DNA from: Haliotis cracherodii
Lineage: Eukaryota
Direction of reading: 5' to 3'
DNA: 64,000 nt
Assembly (NCBI RefSeq): GCF_022045235.1
Contig: NW_027266266.1
Coordinates: 26,226,001 to 26,290,000 of the forward strand
The translations under genes were made by a program, and so were the position numbers. Of the stretch, positions 1-12,700 are shown piece after piece. Numbering within the stretch: the stretch's first letter is position 1; every line of letters begins with the position of its first letter. The notes under the pieces are model-generated. The model saw only the letters and a program-made list of their open reading frames with translations, had not been told where the DNA came from and did no database searches.

Positions 1-725
1 GTAACACCCAATCTCAATCAAATCAGATCTTAGTTTTTGCTAGCGGTAGCAAGAACTAAGATCTGATTTTAATGAGATACTTAAAACCACACCGACTAGA
101 TTTTGATGCACTGCGTCGTTACTGTATTACCTTGTCTGACGTACATTTGAACCACCCGATAACCTCCATCACTTACTCACTCTACAAGACGCAATAACAC
201 CACATAGGGCAGATATCCCCGAAGTACTATTCAAAGTAATTTATTTTCAACTGTCATTCATTTAGTTCTAAAGCACACCCAACTATAACAATAGACTACC
301 ACTTGGTCTCTGAAAATATTTAATTTTGACAGAATCAAGTAACTCCATTTAAATTGAAAAAGGAGCCCCAGTGAGAAGGGAGGTTCATATCCTGAGGAAA
401 CTAGACTTGCTTCATTTAGGGTGTTTGCATTACAGAAAGAACTGGGCGGAAGGGGAAATAATGGTTAAGGGGCTGTGAGAAAGACTACCGCAGAGGAACC
501 GACTCACAATTGACAAAAAGATAGATTAAAACTCTGACAGATTACTATAACTAGAAAATAGCGACGCAGACGATCAAAATCTAGCCACATCAAAATAAAG
601 TGAAATGGTTGAAATTACCCGAACAGTCTAATAGGCATTTTGCTAGTAACTTTTTATACACAAAGCGTATTTCTAAAAGTCCTCCTTAAATGCAACACAG
701 AAGGTGGTTAATACTCTTGATACAA

Positions 726-1004
726 GGGGGCACGGGTGGCCCAGTCGTCTAAGGCGCCGCGATTCGTTGTGCAGAGTTGCGTCCCTTGGACACGCCAGAA
801 ACCTATGATTGTAGGTTCGAATCCCGGTTCGCCCCGATTATGTTTCTAGGTTTGTCAGCACCATACCCGTGCTCGTGGGTTTCACCGAAGTGGTAAACGT
901 CTGAGACCTGCTTCACTTCGGGCTCTCCTTCAACTTTAAGCTGACACGCCGTGATATTACTCGAATACTGTTGAAAGCGGCGTTAAACCCAACTCACTCA
1001 CTCA
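726..1004 (+). mobile_element. tRNA-derived SINE with TSD
   Basis: A-box TGGCCCAGTCG, B-box GGTTCGAATCC, (CTCA)n tail, TSD cttga(t/a)acaa. Confidence 0.85.
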
Positions 1005-1415
1005 CTTGAAACAAAGTCTAGTTCTCACAATGTTAAGGTATAAAATAGGTGATTTAACTTTTCTTAAGTGAACTACATTAGTTTGACCTTCACTTTGACA
1101 TCCTCTCAGGTCGAGTGATAAATAGCTTACTGAGGAATGTATGTACAGTGTAGTCCACAACGACCGTTTCGGTTATTTTTGTTGCAGTGTTCCAAACAAT
1201 TTTAACATCATAACTTGTACATATAAAGCTTTCCTTCGGTCACTCTAAAGGTCGGTTCGTTCCCTACATGGGTACTATGTGTGAAGCTCATTTCTTGTGT
1301 CCCCCGCCGTGATGTTGGTGGAATATTGCTAAAGGCGGCTTAAATCACACTGACTAGATTTTGATGCACTGAGTCGTCACTATATTATCTTGTCTGACAA
1401 ACATTTTAACCACCC

Positions 1416-1684
1416 CAGGGGGCGCGGGTGGCCCAGTCGTCTAAGACGCCGCGAGTTGTGTTCCTGGGGCTCGCCAGAAACCTTTGTTTGTGGATTTGAA
1501 TCCCTGTTCGCCCCAGTTATGTTTCTAGGTTTGTCAGCACCATAACCGTGCTCGTGGGTTTCACCGAAGTGGTAAACGTCCGAGATCTGCATCAATTCGG
1601 GCTTTCCTCTCACATTAAGATGACATGCCATGATAGAACTGAAATACTGTTAAAAGCGGCGTTAAACCCAACTCACTCACTCAC
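1416..1684 (+). mobile_element. Second copy of the same tRNA-derived SINE with TSD
   Basis: Aligns to 726-1004; TSD tttaac(c/a)accc. The empty-site homologue is at about 85-160. Confidence 0.85.
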
Positions 1685-1762
1685 TTTAACAACCCGACAG
1701 CTGAAGACATGGCTGGGATCCTAGCTTGCGTAGAGCAGGAAGAAAACCAGTCAAGCTCTAAC

Positions 1763-1840
1763 GTCACGTGATACTATGACAGTCTCGCGAGATTTATGAC
1801 GTCGCCATGACGACAGTTTCGCTACGATCGCCATTGTTGT
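1763..1840 (+). promoter_or_regulatory. Putative core promoter of orphan copy A (GTCACGTGA E-box, TCTCGCGAGA, CRE-like TGACGTCG, CGCCATT)
   Basis: Motif cluster 70-150 nt upstream of the ATG, conserved in copy B. Confidence 0.6.
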
Positions 1841-1910
1841 AATTATCATATTGCTATCATCTGGCTATTATTTTGCTGTTGTTTACCTCGTGTTTTGCTT
1901 TGTAAACACT

Positions 1911-3083
1911 ATGAGCTGCTACGCCCAAGGTATGTCATTACTTCTGAATTAGTTTGTCTTGTTTTCTTTCTTTTATGACATATGAATTGAATGTAAAGTA
2001 TATGTAGCCTTTGGAAAAGAAGAAACTTCCAGAACATACTGTCATCAAAGATGATCATTTTCACTTTATTTGAGACCGCCTTTTCAATCCTACCCTAAAC
2101 CTATTCATAAACAAATGTTTGTGTTTTCTTAATTTTATCTTTAAAATTTTAAATCTAAATAGAACTTACGCCGCTTGTGTCAGAGCTGATGTTGTCGAAG
2201 GCGAATGGTCCAGTTAGCCCATCTGTGCAACTTAACTTAAAACTCTTAGTGGTTCATTTGTCTGTCCAAAGTCGTAGGATATTGGGCTTTTAGTCTTGAC
2301 AGTTGTATATGTAATTTACTAGGACCGTTTCAGTACCAGTTAACGTTAGCCAGCAGGCATGAGTCGGTTATTGGTAGCCCTACATATAGATATTGCTTAC
2401 ATGCTATTAATCTGAGAGGTAGTGTTGGTTTCCACGATTTTTTCTAGCAATTAGCCTGTTGAGTTTATCCTGTCTTGTTTATCCTTATTTAAGACTTTCT
2501 TTCCTTCTTACTCGACAGCTGTTGACCTCGTGATCAGGTTCCCCTTGAACTTTGACATCTGGGCCCCTCCTCGCCAAGTGGGTGTCTTAGGAATCAGTAC
2601 TTTACTAGAGTTGTTGTAAAACTGAACTTGGGTCTTGTATTTCATGAGTGTATGGACTTGACCACACAATACATAACCAACACACATATACTGTTGACTT
2701 GCAAACTAATATATGTGTGCAAAAATATCTACATACTTAACTACTTAGGTTCTTCTAATTAGTAATGCTTAATCAATCCATTTACAACATCTACCCTCCC
2801 CTTTCTCTACTTCCATCTTCTGTCACTCTCTACATGTCCTTTTCCTCCCTGTCAGCATCGTCCTGGGAGATACATGACCATCCTTGACCCCCTGTCTGAG
2901 CTGCCCACCCCTCCCACCTCTCTCCCTGCCCCTCTCTCTACCCCCGTCCTCCATGATGCCCCTCACTTCGTCGATATCAACCTCGATGATGACGACACCC
3001 CGACCCAGTCCCCTGTTCGAGTCTTCCTGTCACGAGTGTCGGGATTCTTGAGGAGTGTGTTCCGTGTCAAGATGGACGCTTAA
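1911..3083 (+). CDS. Orphan 3-exon gene, copy A (101 aa; join 1911-1929, 2519-2577, 2856-3083)
   Basis: ATG...CAAG|gtatgt, ttcttactcgacag|, CAA|gtgggt, tttcctccctgtcag|. Spliced frame: MSCYAQAVDLVIRFPLNFDIWAPPRQHRPGRYMTILDPLSELPTPPTSLPAPLSTPVLHDAPHFVDINLDDDDTPTQSPVRVFLSRVSGFLRSVFRVKMDA*. The paralogue has the same structure. Confidence 0.8.
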
Positions 3084-3375
3084 AAGTGGCATCTTGCTAC
3101 CTCTTGGACGCTGTGTCATATAATAATTAATTGCCTTGAATCATAAATACAATATATAATAGAATTTTGGCAGACTTTTTACCTTTCAGACTTTCTTATA
3201 CTTTTCGGACCTTTCGGACATTTTGTGCTTTTGGATTTTTAAAAAAATGTAAGATATTTGTATTATACGTTTTAACGTTTAAACACCTATATTTTGATTC
3301 ACACATTTTGGCTCTTCCGGACAAGGTTTTAATTCAGTTTTACTTGATTAAATCGATTAGCATCCAGTATTAACT

Positions 3376-3381
3376 ATTAAA
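3376..3381 (+). terminator. Putative poly(A) signal ATTAAA, copy A (paralogous site 22618-22623)
   Basis: Conserved in both paralogues and followed by a T/GT-rich tract. Confidence 0.45.
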
Positions 3382-3967
3382 TATTGACTAGATTTTCCAG
3401 CACCTTTGTTTTCATCTTTTGTTATATACAACTCGACTTTATTTTCTTATCAGACAACTTGAAAAAGAAATAAGCAATGAGATGCATGTTATGGTATGCC
3501 CCGTGGTTCGTTTGACTCGTCACAACAGATAGTTATGGAATCGAAGTAATTTCTTTGCATCTCTTTCATTATATTTGATGGAGCAAGGCCAACGTGCAAA
3601 ATATAGTCTTCTATCATGGACTTGTACTAAAATATAAATTTGTGTATACAGTCTCTCAACTCTAGTTATGAAGATCGATTTAAAGTGACACATATTCAAT
3701 CCCAGATAAGTTCCGTCCTAGTACCGCTAAATACTGCTTTTAATTAAAGTCAATGATTTAGCGACCATCCCTATTGGGCCTGCTTTTTATGTTGCATAAC
3801 CGAGTGAGTGAGCAAGTTTGGTTTGTCAGCTTGATGTAAGGGGAAAGTCCAAAGTGACGAAGGTCGTAGAGCATGGGTAGGGAGGGGTACTGACAAAACA
3901 AGGGTCAAGGCGAATCAAGATTCGAACCCACGATCACCGGGGTCCAGATACAGGTGACGGTTGTAGT

Positions 3968-4110
3968 CAGTGAGTGTGGTTTTAAGCCGCTTTTAGCAAT
4001 ATTCCAGCAGTATGACGGCGGGGGACACCTGAAATGTGTCACACGTTGTACCCATGTCGGTGTCGAACCCGAGCGCTTAAACCACTATCCTACTCGACCG
4101 CACCCACACG
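3968..4110 (-). mobile_element. Third SINE family (other fragments at about 1250-1345 + and 25145-25240 -)
   Basis: B-box-like GGTTCGACACC, body ...tgtcccccgccgtca, and the shared 3' tail ...ggaatattgctaaaagcggc. Confidence 0.6.
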
Positions 4111-4358
4111 GTTGTAGAACTATTCCGGCCAATATAACGACGATGGAGACCAAGATACTGGCAGATACTGTAGTCCCCTTTGAATGCTAGTATTATGCAT
4201 AAGTGTGTGAGTGAGTCAATGTTCTTCAGTAATGTTCCAGCTATATTAAAGCCGCCTGTCAATAATCTGGACCAGGGAAACCAGTGGTTGACTTCATGCG
4301 CAGGTTGGAAGGAAAGTTAACTCTGCAATGCAATGTCCAAATTGGTTTCATTGACCAG

Positions 4359-4464
4359 GGCCCACTTGCACTAAACGATCTTAGCGCTAAGATGATCGTT
4401 ACTCCCATACTATAACATGTCCTATGATAGTCGTAGCACTAAGATCGCTTTGTGCAAGTGGGAC
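4359..4464. mobile_element. MITE with CAG target-site duplication (degenerate relative at about 51735-51845)
   Basis: TIR ggcccacttgcactaaacgatcttagcgcta / tagcactaagatcgctttgtgcaagtgggac. Absent from the paralogous site near 23715. Confidence 0.8.
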
Positions 4465-6709
4465 CAGGTTCCCAGTTGCAGGTGCTCTGAGTTAATCCCT
4501 AAACTTGAGACCAGTTTTATCAACACCAGAACATCCAATTTTGCTTTCAATTACGATATGCATATTCATGTACCATGTCAGTGATTGTAACACTAATGGA
4601 TTATACATTTGTCCTTTGTCAAACGCTGCGATAAATATATAGTATTGACAATGACGTAATGCGTTCTACATGAACATTCAAGTCAACATTCCATAAGTCA
4701 GTCCAGAAGTATACCAGAGAAAGCTGTCAGTGTCTGTACACATGCTATCTACTCACTATTGTTGGTTGGTTGGTTTGTTCAACGCCGCACTCAGCAATAT
4801 TCCAGCTATATGACGGCGGTCTGGACCAGACAATCCAGTAATTGATATCATGAGCATCGATCCACGCAATTGGGATCGATGACATGCTTCTATTGTATCA
4901 CAGTTAAGGTAATTCATTTTTTTCCGTCTGTTCACAGGTAGAAGATATGTAGCCCTCCACTCGCCGTGATGTATCACTGAGCAGCCTTCGTCTCCATCTG
5001 ATGTGTATCGCGCCAGTTATAAACACGTATCAGTGAAACTTTGGAATAAAATCCTAATGTGAACCTTAATCTGTGTTGTGCATCTTTGTAAATACTTTGG
5101 TGTACTTATCACTTGAGTATGTGAGTGAGTGAGTGAATTGGGTATAACGCTGCTTGTGACAGTATCTCCGTTTGTCAGCATAATGCGGTGTGCAGGCCAT
5201 GGAGGCTTACAGTTTTAGTAAAACCCACGTGTACAGATATGATACTGCCACACCAAGAAACGTACTTCAGGCAAGCGTGAACCCATTGTTCCGGCGCGCC
5301 ACAGGTGTCGACAGCTGGACGTGTTGAGTCCCTAGTGAGTGTTTAGTATCAGTGGAATGAGGGTACGTGACATTGATCGTGCTTCATACATAATGGAACG
5401 GTAGTGGTACTTGTAAGGTACTATTTCTTAAATGGTGTTAATATTTGAGATAATGGTTTCAGAAAATACTGCGTGTCCAGTGCTGACAACGTTGAATTTT
5501 TAGGACGTTGATTCTGTCCAGTATGTTCGCGGACAGAGTTTCATTTTCAACCCTTTCCAATGCAAACAGCTTTTGAGCCATATTCGAATGACACGACGCT
5601 TCAAATAGCAGTCCCTTCACATTAGTCACAGGCGAGTATATTTATTATAACAGAATGGAGATACAAGAAACGTGATGCAGAGCAACAAAATCTAACAGCA
5701 AATAGGCATCAGAGGAGGTCGTTTATGTTATCCTCAAGGAAAGTAACTCTCATCGGAAAAGACGTGATTATCTCCCCTGGACCGTTCCTTAAATACTCAT
5801 ACACATGTTGAAATAAAACTATCACCATCTGAACAAAGTTACATCAATTATTTCTAAACTTCTCGCCACATCACCCTGTTTTTCAAACACTCAAACAAAA
5901 CACATTTTGAAATATTTGTGAATAAAGGAAAACAAAGAAAATCAACAAAACTCAAATATAAAATATAAAATATAAAAATTTAAAATGTACACTATACTGA
6001 TATCGTGTTGCAGTATTCTGCACAGCACGGTTACAAAACGCTAAAACATGGCAATACTGGCTCTATAATATGATGAAATGAAAACTGTAACCTGTGCAAG
6101 ACTAATGTTTTGTTTTTTAAAAATCAATGTCACTACACTTCATCATAATACCTTGCACATAAACAAAACTGTAACTACAGTACTAAAACAACATCCTTGA
6201 CACATATGCTTACAGAAAAAAGTTTAATATTAATGCTTTGCTGGTGCAATAGAGATGTGATGAAATACAATTCAAGTACATTCCCGTGAATTTCCTCAAA
6301 ATGGGTACACAAGGATGAAGTTCCTCAACAAAATGGAACTGTTACATTCATTAACAAGCAAAGTCTTATACTTATTTGTTTGTTTGTTTGTTGTTTAACG
6401 CCGCACTCAGCAATATTCCGGGGGTCTGTAAATAAAAGAGCCTGGACCAGACAATCAAGTGATTGACATGAGCATCGATCTAGGCACATTGGGATGCGAT
6501 GATATACATCAGCCAAGTCAGCGAGCCTGACCACCCGATCCTGTTAGTCGCCTCTCACGACAAGCATAGTCGCCTTTTACATCAAGCATGAATGAATGAA
6601 TGGAATGAATGATTTTCTTTATTTCCTCCAGAATCTCTGATATTCTCCGAGCAAATGCATTGTGCTTGTATTTAATAAGATGGGTGCATTATTAACACAT
6701 AAAATACAA

Positions 6710-6754
<45 letters not shown>
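6710..6754. repeat. (ACAT)n/(CA)n microsatellite
   Basis: Direct inspection. Confidence 0.95.
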
Positions 6755-6759
<5 letters not shown>

Positions 6760-9300
6760 TTTCGTTATTTACTATGTACACAAGTGAGCACTATTAGGAT
6801 ACAACAGATTAATTTGAGGTTAATCTGATACGTTTCTGAAATTTAAGACATATTCACAGAATATCAATGATATGTTTTCCCATGTAAACTGGTTCATAAT
6901 TCCAGATTGTACATGTATGTCTACTGAGTCCCAGAATAGTGCGAGCATATCATTTTCTTCCAGAAGTTCAATTTGAACATAACTTTCGATATCCAGTTTG
7001 TCGATGAGGGTGGAGAAGAATTCATTTCGATCATTTATGAAATATTCACAAGTACATATCTGTCATAATCATAGGCATATCTGCCTATGTCGTAACCCGG
7101 ATATTCACGGGGACCTTATAATGGTGAACCTACAGTCAGTTTGTGACATTCATGTTCAGAAGTTAAACTTGACTATACAGGGCGCAAACACCGTTTGTAC
7201 TTTAGCATAGGAGCTCATGAATAATGATTAACTCTTTCACTTCCAAGTGCGTACATTATCTGTCTATCATCACAGTGACTATCAACTTCAGCACTAAATC
7301 AACAAGATTAACTAACACTGAACTATATCAAACCACAACTTGAGCTGGAAACACAGTCTGGCACAGTGTCTTGAGCTTCAGTTACAGGAACCGTGAAGAT
7401 CCGGGTTACAACAGGTCTTCAGCAACCCATGCTTGCCGTCAAAGGCGACTATGCTTGTCGTAAGAGGCGACCAACGGGATCGGTAGGTCAGGCTCGCTGA
7501 CTTGGTTGATGTATGTCACCACATCCCAAATGCGTGGATCAATGCTCATGGTGTCAGTCACTGGATTGTCTATAACAGACTCGATTATTTACAGACCGCC
7601 GTCATAAAGCTGAGTGCGGCGTTAAACGACAAACAAAAAAGTTTCAGCAGACTTGTCACTGGTAGAGGGCACTCGATTATCAAGAACTGATGGCTCAATG
7701 TTGTTAGTATTTGCAGGAGGTGTGGGGTCGTCAGGTTCCACTCTCTCAGCCATGTTCAAGTCTGCTGATATGCACCTTGTTGTGGACTCAGCTAACATAA
7801 CACAACAGATAGTTGTGGATTCTAACTCATAAGGTTCCACTTCCTCAGTCTAAGTCTGCTGATAGGGACCCTGTTGTGGATTAGACGTCCATCACATTTT
7901 CTTCAAAGTGTAACATATGTACTTCAGATAGAATCTCCGCAATATAGCAGGAACTTGTCTGTACAAGGCCTCAGCTTCCTCGTCTTACCGTTACCAACAC
8001 AGAACGACATACACTTTCTCCAACTGAAAATACTGGTTTGTGTTCAGTCAACTTTGATTTCTCTGCCATAGCTTCTTTCCAATCCACCAGATTCAGAATA
8101 GCCACGTTGTAGTGGAATAATACATGATTATTTCACCACAAACATAATAAATCTGCATTACAGTTGCAAATGTGATAAGAATTTCAATATTTGCTGTGGC
8201 AGGCAACTGCAATCCCTGAATGGGCCCCTATTATTAAATGTGACTTTGACATACACTGCTTGCCTACCACATTGCACGGTGATAATCCTTTTATCTGGAA
8301 AAAGCCGTCTTATATAATGTGGTTTAAATAACCAAATATTCGTTAAAAAGTTATGTCATTCAGTCATTTGAAATGTTAAAACAATGACAACAATGTCCTT
8401 AGTAAAATCCTTAGTGAATATTCTATGGCTAGGAAAGGTTTCTACATGTATCACCAGAACTGTATGAAACGTTATCTTTGATTACCAAAGCATAGCCCTT
8501 GCTGAGAAAACTGCCTTCCAGAAACTGGTGCAGGAAAATGATACTGATTCGCCTTTCTTGGAACATGCTCAGGCCCTTGGAAGTCTATGTACCCCCTTAA
8601 ATCAAATCTTGACAGCACAATTGTCCCGGCAAAGACAAATTGTCCAGTTATTATGATGGCAGAATAACTGTACAAACATTTCCAGGAAGAGGACACCCAA
8701 ATATTATTCTGAGTAATACCATATCACTAAGCGATACAAAACATGGTGAACAAGAGCTGAAAAAAGTTTCACGACACTATAGAAGATGACCTTTAAGTTG
8801 TCTCTCTCAGAACAGCCATGCCACTGAGATTCATAGAAATGCTGAAACAGTTCTGTGTAGTGACATTCAGGAAGTGACAATCTGAAGTTGTACAGATTAA
8901 TCCAGAGAGCATTTGCCATCAACACTACGTCGAGTAATGAATATATTCCTAGATGCCAAATCGTTTGAATCATCAGAAGATGAGAAACCCCTGGAAATAA
9001 TTGAATTCAGTTTGTAGAGTCTAAGTTCCAAGAAAGATCTGACATGGGTTGTTTTGAGGATGCTTAATCAGTGTATACTACCTGTTCCTCAATACAAGGC
9101 TGGAAAGATTATCCCATTTTTTGTCAGATACAATCAACAGCTAGCCAAGCAGCATGATACAATGTTCAAAATTGAAATTGACATTGTTCTCGGGCATTAT
9201 TTTATAAATTTCAGGAGACTCTTACGTTTTATTTTAAACTGTAAAAAAGGTAAATGACTCATAATACTGAGATTCCTTTGTGAAACCTATATCCAGCGAA
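6750..9300 (-). mobile_element. Degenerate LINE reverse-transcriptase relic
   Basis: Fragmentary RT-like motifs on the minus strand (GIIFPALY*GTG like GIIVPIYKGKG; FQGF; GTIVLS..YID; Cys-rich 3' end) with many stops. Interrupted by a SINE. Confidence 0.45.
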
Positions 9301-9799
9301 TTTACAGACGCAAAGCAGACGTAGAAGAGAGATCTGACAACGGTAGTTTTGCACTCTACGCCGTGCAATGGACATCAAGTTACTTGCTGATGATACCATT
9401 ACTGGACTGCTGTAGGGCTCGTAAGTATTCTTTCTGGTAGCGGATATGCTTCCTTTTCTGTGCGTCCCCAGATTTCATGAGGCCATTTTGTGACGGGAAG
9501 ATGTGGTGTTCCTTGCCAAATATACCGCCACCTGCTAAGAACTTCAAACACACAAAGAGGTTATTTCAAAGCAAAGAGAGTAAGAATGACAGATAGCAGT
9601 TTTCAAAAGAAGTGGTATAAAGATCACTCAAAGGGCCCACGAAGGCACAAGAGGACACAAATCTTCATTTTGCTCAAAAACGTAGTGCACCTGTTGGTTC
9701 AAGTCAGGCAACCAAACAGTGCAAATGTTTGAATGCATCTGTCTTCAACTTGTGATCCGCAGAGAGTGAGAGAGGATTTTCTGTAAAATCATTACCCTA

Positions 9800-12700
9800 A
9801 AATAACATTGTCGAGACCACTTAATTACTCGTTCAACCTGGCTTAGCTAACCAACTTTAGTCAGAACATGATAATGCTACCAAATGGCTACTTTTCTGCT
9901 GCTGTTAGCCTCATATTCTGCTCATCTTCATTTGTGAAAACCATGAGGTCCTACGCCCAAACGATATTAAGTCATGAAACAAAAATTGATTACAGGAATC
10001 GATTCCCAAGCCAACTAATGACCAAGCTGATGACTGAGAAGATGCATTTCCCCCAAATCAGTGACTTTGATCCCACACCTTCCATTCACTACTGGAATTC
10101 AGAAGGCCAGAGGTGAGTTCAAGAAGAGATCTGCACAACAACCACATACACAGGTTGATCCTCTTGCTCAAGGTGATGTGTGGTACAGCTGGTGAAATTG
10201 CTGAACATATTGAGGATGGGGTGGTCTTGAATGGGGAGGAAGAGCAGAATGCACACTGACCTGAGTGTGTGGATTACTTTGCAGACTCTGACTTTGATGG
10301 AGTCTCATTTTCTGTCCATTCAGATTATAGTGATGACCAGATGGTTGGATTTGCCTATGACCTGTATATCCTGCTGGTTTTAATTGGAAGGACTGCATTG
10401 TACAACACCATTTTTGAGTCTCCACAAGGGAAGTAACTCTCATCGTTACACCATCATCATTGATAAAATTCAAAAGGATTATCTCCCCTAAATTACAAAT
10501 ACAAATTAAAAAAAACGACTTCAACCATCAAAACAAATTTCTCCTCGCCAATTACCCAAATATGAACAGGCTCCTTCCAAGTTTGAGGTGAAAACAAAAA
10601 GCACAATAGCTTCCAATTTCTGTGCAAAACATCCTTTATACAGAAAATTATGAATAGTCTTCAATTTTTTTTCATTAGTTGTCTTCACTTTCACAGCCAC
10701 TACATGAAGGTCGAGTGTTAACTTATTGAAGAGTGTATCAAGTGTTGTCTACAAAGACCGTTTTTAATTATTTTTGTTACGGTCTTAAATATTTAAATAT
10801 GTTTAAGATCATACTTATACAGAAGCCTACTTGTGTCCAGTGATACTACGACAGTCTCTAAACATTTATGACGACAGTTTCACTACTGATATCGCCATTG
10901 TTGTGACTATCATACTGCTATCATGGGCATTAAGTATGAACCTAACCTAACCTTAATAATTCAATGGCACTTATTCATAAATATATTGTATACATAACGC
11001 ATAGAGTATGAAAACAAAAAAAATTTGCAATGTTCTGAATCACCTAAGTATTAAACCATAAATATTTTGTCACATAAACCAAAACATTCAATAACTATCT
11101 CTATTTGAAACAATGTTACTCTAAATGATGTGTAAGCCATTATACTTACATTAGGGTGTCTAAGTATCAATAAAAAACAAACCTTAACCTCTGAATCCAA
11201 CTATAAAAACATTACCCTCAAATAGCATTACCATCGATAAAGGCCAACAGGATTATCTCCCCAAAATTACTTATACAAAGTTAAAAAGTGACTACAACCA
11301 TCAAAACAAGGCTATATCACTTATAACTAAACTTCATTACCCAAACAGGAACAGGCTCCTTCCAGGTTTGAGGTGAAAACAAAAAGCACAACAGTTTCCT
11401 ATTTCTGTGCAAATCATCCTTAATACAGAAAAATATGAAAAGTCTTCAGTTTTTTTGCATTAGTTGTCTTCACTTTCACAGCCACTACATGAAGGTCGAG
11501 TGTTAACTTACTGAAGAGTGTATCAAGTGTTGTCTACAAGGACCGTTTTTGATTATTTTAGTTGTCTTAAATATCTAAATATTTTGACGATCAGATTTAA
11601 ACAGAAGCCTACCTACAGCTAGAGTTGAATGCTCTGTCTTTTTGGCTTGTCTTGATATGCATACATGTCATATACAACCCACATTGCTGGGATCCTCACC
11701 TGTGTAGAGTTGGAAGAAAACGAGTCAAGTTGTAACATCATGTCCAGTGATACTACGACAGTCTAGCAACATTTATGACGACAGTTTCACTACTGATATC
11801 GCCATTGTTGTGACTATCATACTGCTATCATGGGCATTAAATATGAACCTAACCTAAACTTATTCATAAAATATAGTTTATACATAACACATAGAGTATG
11901 AAAACAAAATATCATTGCAATGTTCTAAATCATTTAACCATAAATATTTTGTCACATAAACCAAAACATTCAATAATTATCGCTGGTTGAAACAATGTTA
12001 ATCTAAATGTGTAAGCTATGACATTTATTTGGGTGTCTAAGTATCAATAAAAAACAAACCTTAACCTCCGAATCCAACTATAAAAACATTACCCTCAAAT
12101 AACATTTTCAACACCACTGAATTACTCTTGTTCTACCTGGCTTAGCTACCCAACTTTAGTCAGAACGTGGTACTGCTATCACATTGCCACTTTTCTGCTG
12201 CTGTTTGCCTCATATTTAGCTCATCTTCGTTTGTGAACACCATGAGCTCCTACGCTCAAACAATTTCTTATACATGACATCCAGAAAAAACCTCAGAGGC
12301 AAAACTTGAACACAACTTGGAAAGCAGTGCACACAGCTTTTTCACTTTTGCAGCTCTACCAGTGGGAGAAACTGCATTGTACAACACCTTTTTGGGGTCT
12401 CAACAGGCGAAGTAACTCTCATCGTTACACCATCACCATCATCAATAAAGGCCAACAGGATTATCTTCCCAAAATTACTAATACAAACTTTAAAAAGTGA
12501 CTACAACCATCAAAACAAGGCTATATCACTTATAACTAAACTTCATTACCCAAACAGGAACAGGCTCCTTCCGGGTTTGAGGTGAAAACAAAAAGCACAA
12601 TAGTTCCCTATTTCTGTGCAAATCATCCTTAATACAGAAAAATATGAAAAGTCTTCAGTTTTTTGCAATAGTAATCTTCACTTTCACAGCCACTATATGA

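Noticed and set aside
726-830. tRNA gene
   Set aside because: The A-B box spacing is overlong and it continues into a SINE body with tail and TSD; a second diverged copy lies nearby.
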